From positions 27,653 to 91,652 of the forward strand of contig JBEIPA010000012.1 in the NCBI GenBank assembly GCA_040377305.1: a DNA stretch of 64,000 bases, in the 5' to 3' direction. Below are positions 19,022 to 27,265 of this stretch, piece after piece (position 1 is the first letter of the stretch; the number at the start of each line of letters is the position of its first letter). The notes under the pieces were generated by a model. It had not been told where the DNA came from, ran no database searches, and saw only the letters and a program-made list of their open reading frames with translations. Source of the DNA: Flavobacteriales bacterium (lineage in GTDB: Bacteria; Bacteroidota; Bacteroidia; Palsa-965). Made by a program: the position numbers and the translations under genes.

Positions 19022-20275
19022 TTAATATTTTATCAGTTTCGTCGTATAAGTTTTATTGGAGTCAAGTTCCCCGATGGTTAGAAAATATATTCCCGGTTGT
19101 AAACTAATTTGAACCTCTCCATTGTGTATTTCATCCGCATAAACTAATTGACCGACGGAGTTGTAAATGCTCAGATTTATGAGTCCGGTAACTCCAATAA
19201 TTTTGAATGAATTATCAATTGGATTTGGAAATATACTGATGACTGAACCAGAATAAAGTTCGTCATACCCCACAGACGAGGAGCAGTTTGATGGAATTGA
19301 ATCGGTCGAGTAAAAGTCAGTGCAATTATTACAGAATACACTCTTCATGAAGCAACTTGCTCTTTTAGCTCTAAACACACTACTTGCGTTTCGATAAATT
19401 CCATGTCCACCTGTGGTATCGATTGTTACTTCGCTGCAAATATTATTCGCAACCAAGTCATTATGTATTGCTCTGGAACCATTGAGTGTGTAGTGCAAAA
19501 ATGAATTGTCCGAATCAATCTGAACTAATGTGTCAAGTTCCCCATGAAAAGCAATGGTTGGTAGCATTTCTACACTATCAATTTCGGATTCAGTTACGCC
19601 TCCCCAATTATTAAAAATGCCTTTGAATGAATAACTGTTTGATAAATTATTTCCTGAAGTATAAAGGTTCCCTAATTCAACACTCGTAGCATTTGCGCTA
19701 TACAACAACGAGATGCTGTCAAGTTCTGATTGGTCGGCATACACCATACCTAATGCAAGTAATGAGCCTGCACTCTGACCTCCAACAAAAATCCAATTCG
19801 TATCTATTCTAACGGCATTTGCGTTGTTAACAACAAATCTCATTGCAGCGTGTCCGTCCTGAATGGCTCTGTATCTCGCCTTATATTGCCCGTATTCAGA
19901 AAAATCATGTCCAAGTCTGTAATTGACCGATGCACATACAAAACCTCTCAATGCCAAATGAACGCATAAGTCAGCGATGTCTCCGGATTGCTTGTCTCCT
20001 GAAGAGAAACCACCACCATGAAACAACATAATAAATGGACGTTTAGGCGACGAATCAATACCAAGATTTGGATAGTAGAGATCCAGAAGCAACGTGTCTG
20101 GATTTCCTAAATAATCTTGGGCGATACCATATTGAATATTTGTTCCAATCGTAATTTCGGTTGAATCAAAGTATTGGACTTCGGTATATCTCGTATCGCT
20201 GGTGCAATACTGTCCATAAGTTTCTCCAATCAAAAGAAATATGGCCGATGCAAGGACTAAAAATTTGGGTGTCAT
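19022..20275 (-). CDS. alpha/beta hydrolase (esterase, HGGG type) with T9SS C-terminal sorting domain
   Basis: Signal peptide. LFHGGGF oxyanion motif and GGQSAGS nucleophile elbow. C-terminal IFPNPIDNSFKI...GIYFLTI is a Por secretion tail. Confidence 0.8.
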   Translation of the reverse strand: MTPKFLVLASAIFLLIGETYGQYCTSDTRYTEVQYFDSTEITIGTNIQYGIAQDYLGNPDTLLLDLYYPNLGIDSSPKRPFIMLFHGGGFSSGDKQSGDIADLCVHLALRGFVCASVNYRLGHDFSEYGQYKARYRAIQDGHAAMRFVVNNANAVRIDTNWIFVGGQSAGSLLALGMVYADQSELDSISLLYSANATSVELGNLYTSGNNLSNSYSFKGIFNNWGGVTESEIDSVEMLPTIAFHGELDTLVQIDSDNSFLHYTLNGSRAIHNDLVANNICSEVTIDTTGGHGIYRNASSVFRAKRASCFMKSVFCNNCTDFYSTDSIPSNCSSSVGYDELYSGSVISIFPNPIDNSFKIIGVTGLINLSIYNSVGQLVYADEIHNGEVQISLQPGIYFLTIGELDSNKTYTTKLIKY

Positions 20276-20334
20276 TGATGTTTACTTTGAATAGATGTAT
20301 TAACCTCTTGTTTTATTATTTATTTGTGAGTCCT

Positions 20335-20892
20335 TCACATAGAATTTCCATCAAAGTCAATTTTATACTTTGTGCCATCGAGATTAGTAAGTTCGATCCA
20401 GTCGCTTTCAATTTTGAACACTTCTTCTCCGTCAAGTGACATTAAAATACCAACCTCCTTAAATTCCCAATTTATATATCCATCGCGGTCAAGTTGGGTG
20501 ACTTGCAATTCTCCGTGAACCAAATAATTGTCCTTGTGTTTGAATATTTGGAAACAAGAAGCAAAGTCTGCCTCGGTTTTCCATACGAGTTCCAGTTCAG
20601 TAAGTGTTAAGCAAAAAACGGAATTGCAGCAGCAGATTAGCAGTACATCGTCGTCAATCAATGCTGAGTTTTGAGAAACATCTGTCTTGCCACCATAGCC
20701 GATAATTATACAGTCGCTGATTAGCTTTCCATCCTGGAAGATCTTGACACCGTGTTTTGACGTCGGAAAGTCGTATGCCATGGATGCGAAATGCTCTTTG
20801 GAATAATTGAAGGCATTATTGTCAACGCCAGATTCGTAACCCGGTTCGTTTAACACTTCAACTATTAAGTCCTTGTATTGATATTGGCTCAT
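20335..20892 (-). CDS. hypothetical protein
   Basis: 185-aa ORF with no recognised motif. Confidence 0.5.
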   Translation of the reverse strand: MSQYQYKDLIVEVLNEPGYESGVDNNAFNYSKEHFASMAYDFPTSKHGVKIFQDGKLISDCIIIGYGGKTDVSQNSALIDDDVLLICCCNSVFCLTLTELELVWKTEADFASCFQIFKHKDNYLVHGELQVTQLDRDGYINWEFKEVGILMSLDGEEVFKIESDWIELTNLDGTKYKIDFDGNSM

Positions 20893-21009
20893 TCTATTGT
20901 GTTCTTATAGTCCAATGATTAGGTTAAATATCGAAATTATCTAAACAGAACATTCTTTTACTAACTATTCGATGAACACGTATTAAACTACATCCGTCCG
21001 CACCACCAT

Positions 21010-21792
21010 TTACACATTCTGATTATGAAACTTCAAAACCTTAAATCGTTCTTTTGTCCAGAGAATGGTCATTATTGAAACGGGAATAGCGAGCATGTTG
21101 AAGAACACAAAATTTTCATAAAATTTCGGGAATTCTCCAAAAACAGTTTTCACAGGTTCATTCAACGACTCATCATTTAAGAACATAATGTTTACAAGCA
21201 CGGTAACCACCAGCGCAATCACCATTGGCCAGATAGAAAACAAGCCATGTACTTTTCCGGTCTGCGTATTCTTCAACATCTCCAGGTAGCCGTATTGATT
21301 GGTAACGCCGGTCATCTGATCGCCTGTTTTTACTTTACTGTATGAACTGCTTCCTTCCAGAGTTCGGCCGGAAATAGTTATAAAATACGTAGTACGTTTT
21401 TCAAATGTACTGCTACGCGTTCCGGACCGCGGCAGGTGTGTATTCACAGTCTCTGTCTTCGATCGTTTATCGGTAACAGTGCCTGAAACAAACTGGTAAT
21501 TGAGCTTGGGCTTTTTTGATCCTGGGAGCGTTTCAATTAGTTTTTGATTTCCCCATTTCAAATCTTGCAGCGGAGAACTGAATGCAACGATTTCCTTGTC
21601 CGGATTGATTTCAAAAATGAATTCAAATTTTTGCGTGAAGTCAATTCCTGACGGGAGACTTTTACCCCGTGTTTGTAACTTAAACTTTTCTCCGTTGATC
21701 ATGAGTTCGTAAACGGGGTGAGGATCTCCGTATTCATCAAAATCACGACTGCTGTAACGTTGAATATTGGAACGTACTACTTTATTGCTCAT
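21010..21792 (-). CDS. hypothetical protein with C-terminal transmembrane helices
   Basis: 260-aa ORF. Soluble N-terminal part followed by two hydrophobic helices. Confidence 0.5.
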   Translation of the reverse strand: MSNKVVRSNIQRYSSRDFDEYGDPHPVYELMINGEKFKLQTRGKSLPSGIDFTQKFEFIFEINPDKEIVAFSSPLQDLKWGNQKLIETLPGSKKPKLNYQFVSGTVTDKRSKTETVNTHLPRSGTRSSTFEKRTTYFITISGRTLEGSSSYSKVKTGDQMTGVTNQYGYLEMLKNTQTGKVHGLFSIWPMVIALVVTVLVNIMFLNDESLNEPVKTVFGEFPKFYENFVFFNMLAIPVSIMTILWTKERFKVLKFHNQNV

Positions 21793-21840
21793 GAGGTGGG
21801 TGTTGTTCGCTGGTCTATTTGGAATATGTGCTGTTAGCGG
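21793..21840 (-). repeat. partial attC-like site (stop-proximal half only)
   Basis: ..GGAATATGTGCTGTTAGCGG resembles the ..CAAATGTGCTGTTATGC end of the 132-nt site and the ..GCGCTGTTAGC end of the 86-nt unit. I found no partner half. Confidence 0.4.
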
Positions 21841-21846
21841 CTGATT

Positions 21847-22911
21847 TCATATTTTTAGTTTAAACTTTTCAAACTTATTTCCATTTTGTTTGTAAACTCC
21901 GTCATTGTCAGTTCCAAGCCAAATTATTCCGCTGCTGTCTTGGTAGATAGATACTAGCAAGACATTTTCTGTACCCTTTTTTACTTCAAGGTTGGTGAGC
22001 GTTTTACCGTCATATTTCCAAACTCCACCACCATAAGTAGTCATGAATAAATTACCATCTTGATCTACAATTCCTGAGTTGAAATAATGGGGTTTTTCTT
22101 TTCGAACACCCTTTATTATTTCATATTGTAAATTGTTCGATTCAATTTTATACTTGCTTATAAAATTGCTCAACCAAAAATATCCGTCTTTGTCTTGAAT
22201 GATTGAACGAACACCGCCAGCAGTGCCATCTGGGAGAATTGAAAGTTCTTTTTCATCAAACCACATAAACGATTTTCCATCGTATCGGAACGCACCTGCT
22301 ACAAAAGTTCCAAACCAAATATTTCCGTCTTTGTCTTTATTTATGCCATAAACTGAATAAGGGTTATTGCTATTAAAAGGGCTGATTAGCGTGTCAATTC
22401 CAAACGCTTTATTTAAATCTTTCCGTGGCAATTTTAATTCAAAAAGAGAATCGCCACTATAACGGAATAAATCATTTGCATTGTAGCCAAACCATAAGTC
22501 ATTCGGTAAAAGTTTCCATTGGTTATGTGACGATTTTATTGGCTTTAAAGTGGTAAATTGATTTCCGTCAAATTTGCTTATTCCTTTGTGTGTTTCGATG
22601 TATATGTTTCCGTCAGTATCTTCTTGAATACCACGGATTGAATCGTTCACTAATCCGTCTACTGTTGTAAATTGTTTTAACTCGTTTCCATCTAAAGAAT
22701 AGATACCGTTTCCATTGCTACCAAACCAATATTTTCCTTTTGAGTCTTGAAATATTCTCCAAATTTGATTATCCAGTTCAGAAATCACTTTGCCAATTTG
22801 TACAGTTTCTGTTTCAGTCTTTTTGTGTTCAGATTGCATCTGTCCTTTGCATGAGAGGAAACTAATCGAAACAAAAACTATTGAGATTGTTTTTATAGTG
22901 GTAATTGTCAT
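21847..22911 (-). CDS. lipoprotein with beta-propeller repeats of the two-component-regulator-propeller (Reg_prop) type
   Basis: Signal plus lipobox (FLSC). Repeated D-x-x-G-x-[IY]W[FL]G[ST] motifs: DSKGKYWFGS, DKDGNIWFGT, DKDGYFWLS, DSSGIIWLGT. Confidence 0.65.
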   Translation of the reverse strand: MTITTIKTISIVFVSISFLSCKGQMQSEHKKTETETVQIGKVISELDNQIWRIFQDSKGKYWFGSNGNGIYSLDGNELKQFTTVDGLVNDSIRGIQEDTDGNIYIETHKGISKFDGNQFTTLKPIKSSHNQWKLLPNDLWFGYNANDLFRYSGDSLFELKLPRKDLNKAFGIDTLISPFNSNNPYSVYGINKDKDGNIWFGTFVAGAFRYDGKSFMWFDEKELSILPDGTAGGVRSIIQDKDGYFWLSNFISKYKIESNNLQYEIIKGVRKEKPHYFNSGIVDQDGNLFMTTYGGGVWKYDGKTLTNLEVKKGTENVLLVSIYQDSSGIIWLGTDNDGVYKQNGNKFEKFKLKI

Positions 22912-22943
22912 TTCAATATTAATATGGCTGGTTTAAAGTTGCC

Positions 22944-23027
22944 GCTAACATTTCGCGGATTGGCGTCGCGCGCTTTTCCTTCTAATAAATATACGTGAAA
23001 AGCGCAAAGTGCCAATGCGCGATTAGG
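22944..23027 (-). repeat. attC-like imperfect palindrome (86-nt family)
   Basis: GCTAAC..CGGATTGGCGTCGCGCGCTTTTCC-TTCTAATAAATATAC-GTGAAAAGCGCAAAGTGCCAATGCGC-GATTAGG. The stop of ORF 23023-23469 lies inside the ATTAGG core. Confidence 0.7.
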
Positions 23028-23469
23028 GGCTGATAGCTCTTATCGGTTTCCAAACGAAATAGAACGCTCCAATAAGTATGTTCACAAGCGAAATAATATA
23101 AACTGAATTATACGTTTCAGACCTATAATAACTCAATCCGGCTTCTGTGTGCATATTCACTCCGGGATGAGAATTGTCGACGATGCAAAATGCGAAAATT
23201 AGAATTCCGATAGCTTGTAATATAAAAATGGATCCTTTAGCCAATCTACTCTTTACTTTTCGTGTCTGTCGAATAAAAACAAAGTAACAGACTGGAAAGA
23301 CAACAAATAAGAAAAAGTAATTGTACATGATTGAAGTCACGTGCATACCAAAAGTCACACCATCATGAATGTCCTTGGTCTGGATTCCAACGGAAGGGAT
23401 AATCAGTGAAGAAGTCAACACGATCAGAAATGCCGATCCTAATTTATTGAGATTAGTGAAGTCTGTCAA
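23023..23469 (-). CDS. hypothetical membrane protein (cassette)
   Basis: 148-aa ORF with about four hydrophobic helices. The only available start is a TTG lying within the GTTGAC core of the mini-site at 23465-23504. Confidence 0.5.
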   Translation of the reverse strand: MTDFTNLNKLGSAFLIVLTSSLIIPSVGIQTKDIHDGVTFGMHVTSIMYNYFFLFVVFPVCYFVFIRQTRKVKSRLAKGSIFILQAIGILIFAFCIVDNSHPGVNMHTEAGLSYYRSETYNSVYIISLVNILIGAFYFVWKPIRAISP

Positions 23470-23504
23470 CGTTCTTATGTTTGGAGTCGCTCAGTGCTTT
23501 TAGC
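23465..23504 (-). repeat. 40-nt mini attC-like site lacking the central stem-loop
   Basis: GTCAAC-GTTCTTATGTTTGG..GTGCT-TTTAGCA keeps both ends of the 86-nt unit (compare GCTAAC-GTTTTGCGGATTGG...GCGCT-GTTAGC). Confidence 0.5.
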
Positions 23505-23511
23505 AGTAGGG

Positions 23512-24042
23512 TCACACTTCGGCTTGAAGCAGTTTGTCAATACCTCGAATTATCAAATCGCGATGGGCATAAAATGATTTCGGAAAATCTTCGGTACCAA
23601 CATGTGGGCGCTTTTCCAATGCAAACCAATTGCGGAGACCTATCAGGTTCTCTTTTTTACGTGCCAATAGATACCGTGAATCAACCGCAACCTTATAGAA
23701 ATATAGTTCATCAGTGAGTGTAGCTTTCTGAATCGAACCGCATTCTAGACATTTTATAAGGCCGATCTTTTTGTCCAGTTCATCTGTTTCGGAAAACATT
23801 AGCGGATACAGATTCATTAGCCACGTTGGATCTTTCATCCAAACTTTACCTCCGAAAAGTTCATTTACAATTATTCCATTGTCAGGCTTATAGCACGCGG
23901 AAATTTCAGAGAAAGTCGCGTTAGTATATCGATCCTTAATTACAGCTATGTGCTCTTCATAAATCCGACGGAATGGGAAGGTGAACTGAGCTTTAGCAGA
24001 ACAGGTAGGGCAAACCACATCAATGTCATAATTAATCGTCAT
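23512..24042 (-). CDS. hypothetical protein with two CxxC pairs (zinc-ribbon-like) (cassette)
   Basis: 176-aa ORF carrying VVCPTCSAK and IKCLECGS. Confidence 0.55.
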   Translation of the reverse strand: MTINYDIDVVCPTCSAKAQFTFPFRRIYEEHIAVIKDRYTNATFSEISACYKPDNGIIVNELFGGKVWMKDPTWLMNLYPLMFSETDELDKKIGLIKCLECGSIQKATLTDELYFYKVAVDSRYLLARKKENLIGLRNWFALEKRPHVGTEDFPKSFYAHRDLIIRGIDKLLQAEV

Positions 24043-24054
24043 GTGGACAATTAC

Positions 24055-24138
24055 GCTTAACGTTTATGGATTGGCGCCGCGCTTTTTCCTTCTAATAAAT
24101 ATACGTGAAAAGTGGAGGGTGACAATACGCTGTTACCC
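24055..24138 (-). repeat. attC-like imperfect palindrome (86-nt family, moderately diverged)
   Basis: GCTTAAC-GTTTATGGATTGGCGCCGCGCTTTTTCC-TTCTAATAAATATAC-GTGAAAAGTGGAGGGTGACAATACGCT-GTTACCC. Confidence 0.65.
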
Positions 24139-24155
24139 GTAGCAGTTGTATCAAA

Positions 24156-24518
24156 CTACTGCTTATCTGTCTCATTTTTGAACTCCTCGAGCATGCGATA
24201 AAACATATCTATTGATTCCAAATGCTGCTGTTTCGATGGTATCGTTTCCAGCATAACGTTCCAATCGATTTCTCTCGGTTCGAAGCCCATGCATTTGGCA
24301 AGAATCATATTGGCCCAACCTGCTGTGGATTCGTAATAGTCAAGTTTGCTAGCAACCCAGTCGTGAAATGGGTCTGATTGTAATTCAAATTTGTCTTCAA
24401 CCAGCGCATGATGGTAACCAGAAATGTAAATGTGTATACTTTTTAAGGTGAGTTCTCCAGTGAACATTGCTGGTCGACCTTCTATTTGCTTCAACACCGG
24501 ATAACAGTTCAGTATCAT
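24156..24518 (-). CDS. hypothetical protein (cassette)
   Basis: 120-aa ORF with no recognised motif. Confidence 0.55.
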   Translation of the reverse strand: MILNCYPVLKQIEGRPAMFTGELTLKSIHIYISGYHHALVEDKFELQSDPFHDWVASKLDYYESTAGWANMILAKCMGFEPREIDWNVMLETIPSKQQHLESIDMFYRMLEEFKNETDKQ

Positions 24519-24608
24519 ATTTTGCGATTAGGGGTTTGGGGAATTGCGACTCTCTTGTCCTTCTAATCAATATACATAAAAGCGCGTGGAGCCAATGCGC
24601 TGTTAGCA
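24519..24608 (-). repeat. attC-like site with one intact and one scrambled half
   Basis: The right half CTTCTAATCAATATACATAAAAGCGCGTGGAGCCAATGCGCTGTTAGCA is canonical. The left half ATTTTGCGATTAGGGGTTTGGGGAATTGCGAC is only partly related, and it contains GCGATTAGGGG as in the 23018-23030 core. Confidence 0.5.
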
Positions 24609-24612
24609 CCAG

Positions 24613-25113
24613 TTATTGTTTGCTCCGCTCTTCCCACCACTTTTTTATTTCCTGTACTCTTGTCGAATCAGTGATAGAACAGTCGACAAAGAAATTTGGG
24701 TACGGCTCATTTTTTCGATACGAATCAATTATATTCATCACCTGCCCTCCCAATGTAGAAAAATCATCACTGCCTGGCTTCCAATCGGATGAAATTGATT
24801 CCTTGACGCATTTAGCACGCCGCTTGGATTCTATTAATGTCATCAAATAATTTAAGTCAGATTCCTTAATCCAATCCGATTTGGCTCTGTTTCCAGTTGT
24901 CAGGCGATAAATGGTATATATTCCCCTTTCTTCGAATTTGAGCAGTTCAACATAATCTACCACTGTAATTCTGTGAAAAAAAATCCAATCGTATTTATGG
25001 CGTTTTTGCTTATAGCGGTGGGTCGCTTCATTTAAATTAGCTCTTTCCATTGAGTCTGCATGGTCCGAACATGCTGCCAGACTAATTGCAAATATTAAGA
25101 GCAGTCTGATCAT
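24613..25113 (-). CDS. hypothetical lipoprotein (cassette)
   Basis: 166-aa ORF with signal plus lipobox (SLAAC). Confidence 0.55.
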   Translation of the reverse strand: MIRLLLIFAISLAACSDHADSMERANLNEATHRYKQKRHKYDWIFFHRITVVDYVELLKFEERGIYTIYRLTTGNRAKSDWIKESDLNYLMTLIESKRRAKCVKESISSDWKPGSDDFSTLGGQVMNIIDSYRKNEPYPNFFVDCSITDSTRVQEIKKWWEERSKQ

Positions 25114-25125
25114 ATTAAAATTGGT

Positions 25126-25204
25126 GGTAACGTTTTTCGGATTGGCGCCGCGCGCTTTTCATTCTAATAAATATACGTGAAAAGAGCCCTTGAGCTGGTT
25201 AAGA
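25126..25204 (-). repeat. attC-like imperfect palindrome (86-nt family, right arm eroded)
   Basis: GGTAAC-GTTTTTCGGATTGGCGCCGCGCGCTTTTC-ATTCTAATAAATATAC-GTGAAAAGAGCCCTTGAGCTG-GTTAAGA. The stop of ORF 25199-25606 lies inside the GTTAAG core. Confidence 0.65.
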
Positions 25205-25606
25205 ATTGGTGTTTTCCCGATGTGCCACTTTGAACAGCATTGCGATTTGAATAAGCCCAAGAACCAGGAATGGAATTGCTGTCCACAAGTAAATGTCAGT
25301 CCCTCGCCAATAGCAATCAGGAATGATGAAAAATTGATAATGGACAATTTCAATCGTGAGGAGAATGAATCCTGCAGCGAAAAATTTGAGAGACCTTAAG
25401 TTCGAAGTTGCAATCGCTAGTATTAAGCAAAGTAGTCCGATGAAATATATTAGTGCTATGAAAAAACTGTCGAGGGTTGTTAGCGACAAGTTAAAAGCCA
25501 TTAGTCCAATTGTAGGGAATGAGAATTTGTTGCCGCTTCTAAATTGTATCAAAGTTAAAACGAGGCAAGCAATTTTCAGAAATAATTGACTTCTTCTGGA
25601 GATCAT
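25199..25606 (-). CDS. hypothetical membrane protein (cassette)
   Basis: The track ORF runs to 25687, but its first 27 codons are encoded by the attC-like repeat. The ATG at 25606 gives a 135-aa protein with about four hydrophobic helices. Confidence 0.55.
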   Translation of the reverse strand: MISRRSQLFLKIACLVLTLIQFRSGNKFSFPTIGLMAFNLSLTTLDSFFIALIYFIGLLCLILAIATSNLRSLKFFAAGFILLTIEIVHYQFFIIPDCYWRGTDIYLWTAIPFLVLGLIQIAMLFKVAHRENTNS

Positions 25607-25615
25607 ACGCTTGCT

Positions 25616-25700
25616 GCTAACGTTTTGCGGATTGGCGCCGCGCGCTTTTCCTTCCAATAAATATACGTGAAAAGCGCATGGTGCCAATGCGCTGTTAGCG
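25616..25700 (-). repeat. attC-like imperfect palindrome (86-nt family, well preserved)
   Basis: GCTAAC-GTTTTGCGGATTGGCGCCGCGCGCTTTTCC-TTCCAATAAATATAC-GTGAAAAGCGCATGGTGCCAATGCGCT-GTTAGCG. The cores are exact reverse complements. The GCGCTTTTC/GAAAAGCGC arms pair perfectly. Confidence 0.75.
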
Positions 25701-25707
25701 TATCGTG

Positions 25708-26190
25708 CTACCGACTTTTGTTCTTCGATTTATTGCGAGCTTCAAATTCTGCGATCAGGGTGTTCAATTGAATTACCTGTTCAGTATTAATTGAACCTGT
25801 TTGTTGTGCTACAACTATATTGTCGATGACATAGTCGTATTCATGAATGTTCTTTATTTTATTTCTTCGGAGAGCATCCTGAATCGCATCCTTCTTTTTG
25901 AATTGAAGTCCCGCACTTGCAATCAATTGCCAGAATTTGTCACTGTCAGGCCCCGCAGTTTCATTCCAGTAGATTAGAAAGTCATGTTCAAGATATTTGA
26001 GACTGGCGACCTTTCTGAATTGCGGCTCAGGATTTAGTGCCAATTTCCTAGTATTGGATGAAAAGAACAAAAGTGGCTCCTTGATGGATGCAGGCAAAGT
26101 TGACGATTCAGAAACTACCTGTTCGGCAATATCGATTGCTTTAACCAATTCATTGGCTCGCTCTTCATAAATCGACTTCTTGGTAGTCAT
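25708..26190 (-). CDS. hypothetical protein (cassette)
   Basis: 160-aa ORF. Predicted soluble, with a basic C-terminal tail. Confidence 0.55.
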   Translation of the reverse strand: MTTKKSIYEERANELVKAIDIAEQVVSESSTLPASIKEPLLFFSSNTRKLALNPEPQFRKVASLKYLEHDFLIYWNETAGPDSDKFWQLIASAGLQFKKKDAIQDALRRNKIKNIHEYDYVIDNIVVAQQTGSINTEQVIQLNTLIAEFEARNKSKNKSR

Positions 26191-26201
26191 AGGGCATGTA
26201 C

Positions 26202-26287
26202 GCTAACGTTTTGCGGATTGGCGCCGCCCGCTTTTTCCTTCTAATAAATATACATGAAAAGCGCGTGGTGCCAATGCGCTGTTATGC
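26202..26287 (-). repeat. attC-like imperfect palindrome (86-nt family, well preserved)
   Basis: GCTAAC-GTTTTGCGGATTGGCGCCGCCCGCTTTTTCC-TTCTAATAAATATAC-ATGAAAAGCGCGTGGTGCCAATGCGCT-GTTATGC. Confidence 0.75.
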
Positions 26288-26292
26288 GGTAG

Positions 26293-26736
26293 TTATTTTA
26301 TCTCAGAAACGTGAATGTCGCTACATGTTATCACGTTGATGATATGTCTTGCCGTTACGACAACATAGTGCCGAATTGAACTTTCCGAATTTAATTGGAA
26401 TCCCAGCGTTTCATTTCTGCAGTATGTGAGGTAAGATGATTTCGTGTAAACTCTAATGCGATCGCCGTCGTACTCGCCAAATACGCCAGCGTCATAGCTT
26501 TCGTTAACAACGTGATATGCGATATAAGACGTAAAATGTAATCGATATAATGCGCCGGAGTCGAAATTTACCGGGTAAACCGGACCTATATCGGTTTGTG
26601 ATATGTTTAAACTCTGGGAAAGTTCGGACACTTCGCCTGCAATCAGATCAATTATCAATTCATTCTCGCTGGGTTCAAATAATTTATCAACTAACAGGTT
26701 TCGGCAAGCATTAACTATGTCGTATGGTGTTGTCAT
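26293..26736 (-). CDS. hypothetical protein (cassette)
   Basis: 147-aa ORF with no recognised motif. Confidence 0.55.
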   Translation of the reverse strand: MTTPYDIVNACRNLLVDKLFEPSENELIIDLIAGEVSELSQSLNISQTDIGPVYPVNFDSGALYRLHFTSYIAYHVVNESYDAGVFGEYDGDRIRVYTKSSYLTYCRNETLGFQLNSESSIRHYVVVTARHIINVITCSDIHVSEIK

Positions 26737-26743
26737 AAATTAC

Positions 26744-26829
26744 GCATAACGTTTTGCGGATTGGCGCCGCGCGCTTTTCCTTCTAACTAATATACATGAA
26801 AAGCGCGTGGTGCCAATGCGCTGTTAGGC
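26744..26829 (-). repeat. attC-like imperfect palindrome (86-nt family, well preserved)
   Basis: GCATAAC-GTTTTGCGGATTGGCGCCGCGCGCTTTTCC-TTCTAACTAATATAC-ATGAAAAGCGCGTGGTGCCAATGCGCT-GTTAGGC. The stop of ORF 26824-27252 is the TTA of GTTAGGC. Confidence 0.75.
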
Positions 26830-27252
26830 GTTGGACTTTCCTGAAGTTCCTTGAAAAACATCTTTATATTCAGGATGCTTCTTTTTGTCACTTGCCGAGA
26901 GCACGGTTCGCAATGCATTAGCGAGCACCCACTTCATGGATCGATCTTCTTCTTTATAGAAATGTTCGAGTAATTTGTCTTTCGCAATCGATCGGGCCGA
27001 TTTCTCAGTTAGTGCTCTGATAATGCCTTCTCTTATACGCGAATGATGCGGAAGGTCAAGGTGTTTAACCAGGATTGGGTAGGCCTGTTCGTACGAACCG
27101 AGAAACTTGTTTTCTAAATGCTCGACAGCACGATTATTTACTAAATCATAAACACTTTCTACAATACATCCTACGGCATTCAGTTCACGAACAAGTGTCT
27201 CTTGGTCTTTGAGAAGCATCTGATGAAATTCTTGTTTTTCAAGCTCGTTCAT
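26824..27252 (-). CDS. hypothetical all-helical protein (possibly HEAT/armadillo-like) (cassette)
   Basis: 142-aa ORF. The heptad-like helical pattern ..IREGIIRALTEKSARSIAKDKLLEHF..WVLANALRTV.. supports the fold guess only weakly. Confidence 0.5.
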   Translation of the reverse strand: MNELEKQEFHQMLLKDQETLVRELNAVGCIVESVYDLVNNRAVEHLENKFLGSYEQAYPILVKHLDLPHHSRIREGIIRALTEKSARSIAKDKLLEHFYKEEDRSMKWVLANALRTVLSASDKKKHPEYKDVFQGTSGKSNA

Positions 27253-27265
27253 GTACGTGTCTTGC

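Noticed and set aside
20276-20334. A possible minimal attC remnant (TTAAC-ctctt-GTTTTA) between the esterase gene and ORF 20335-20892.
   Set aside because: It is too short and has no arms. It cannot be distinguished from chance in AT-rich spacer.
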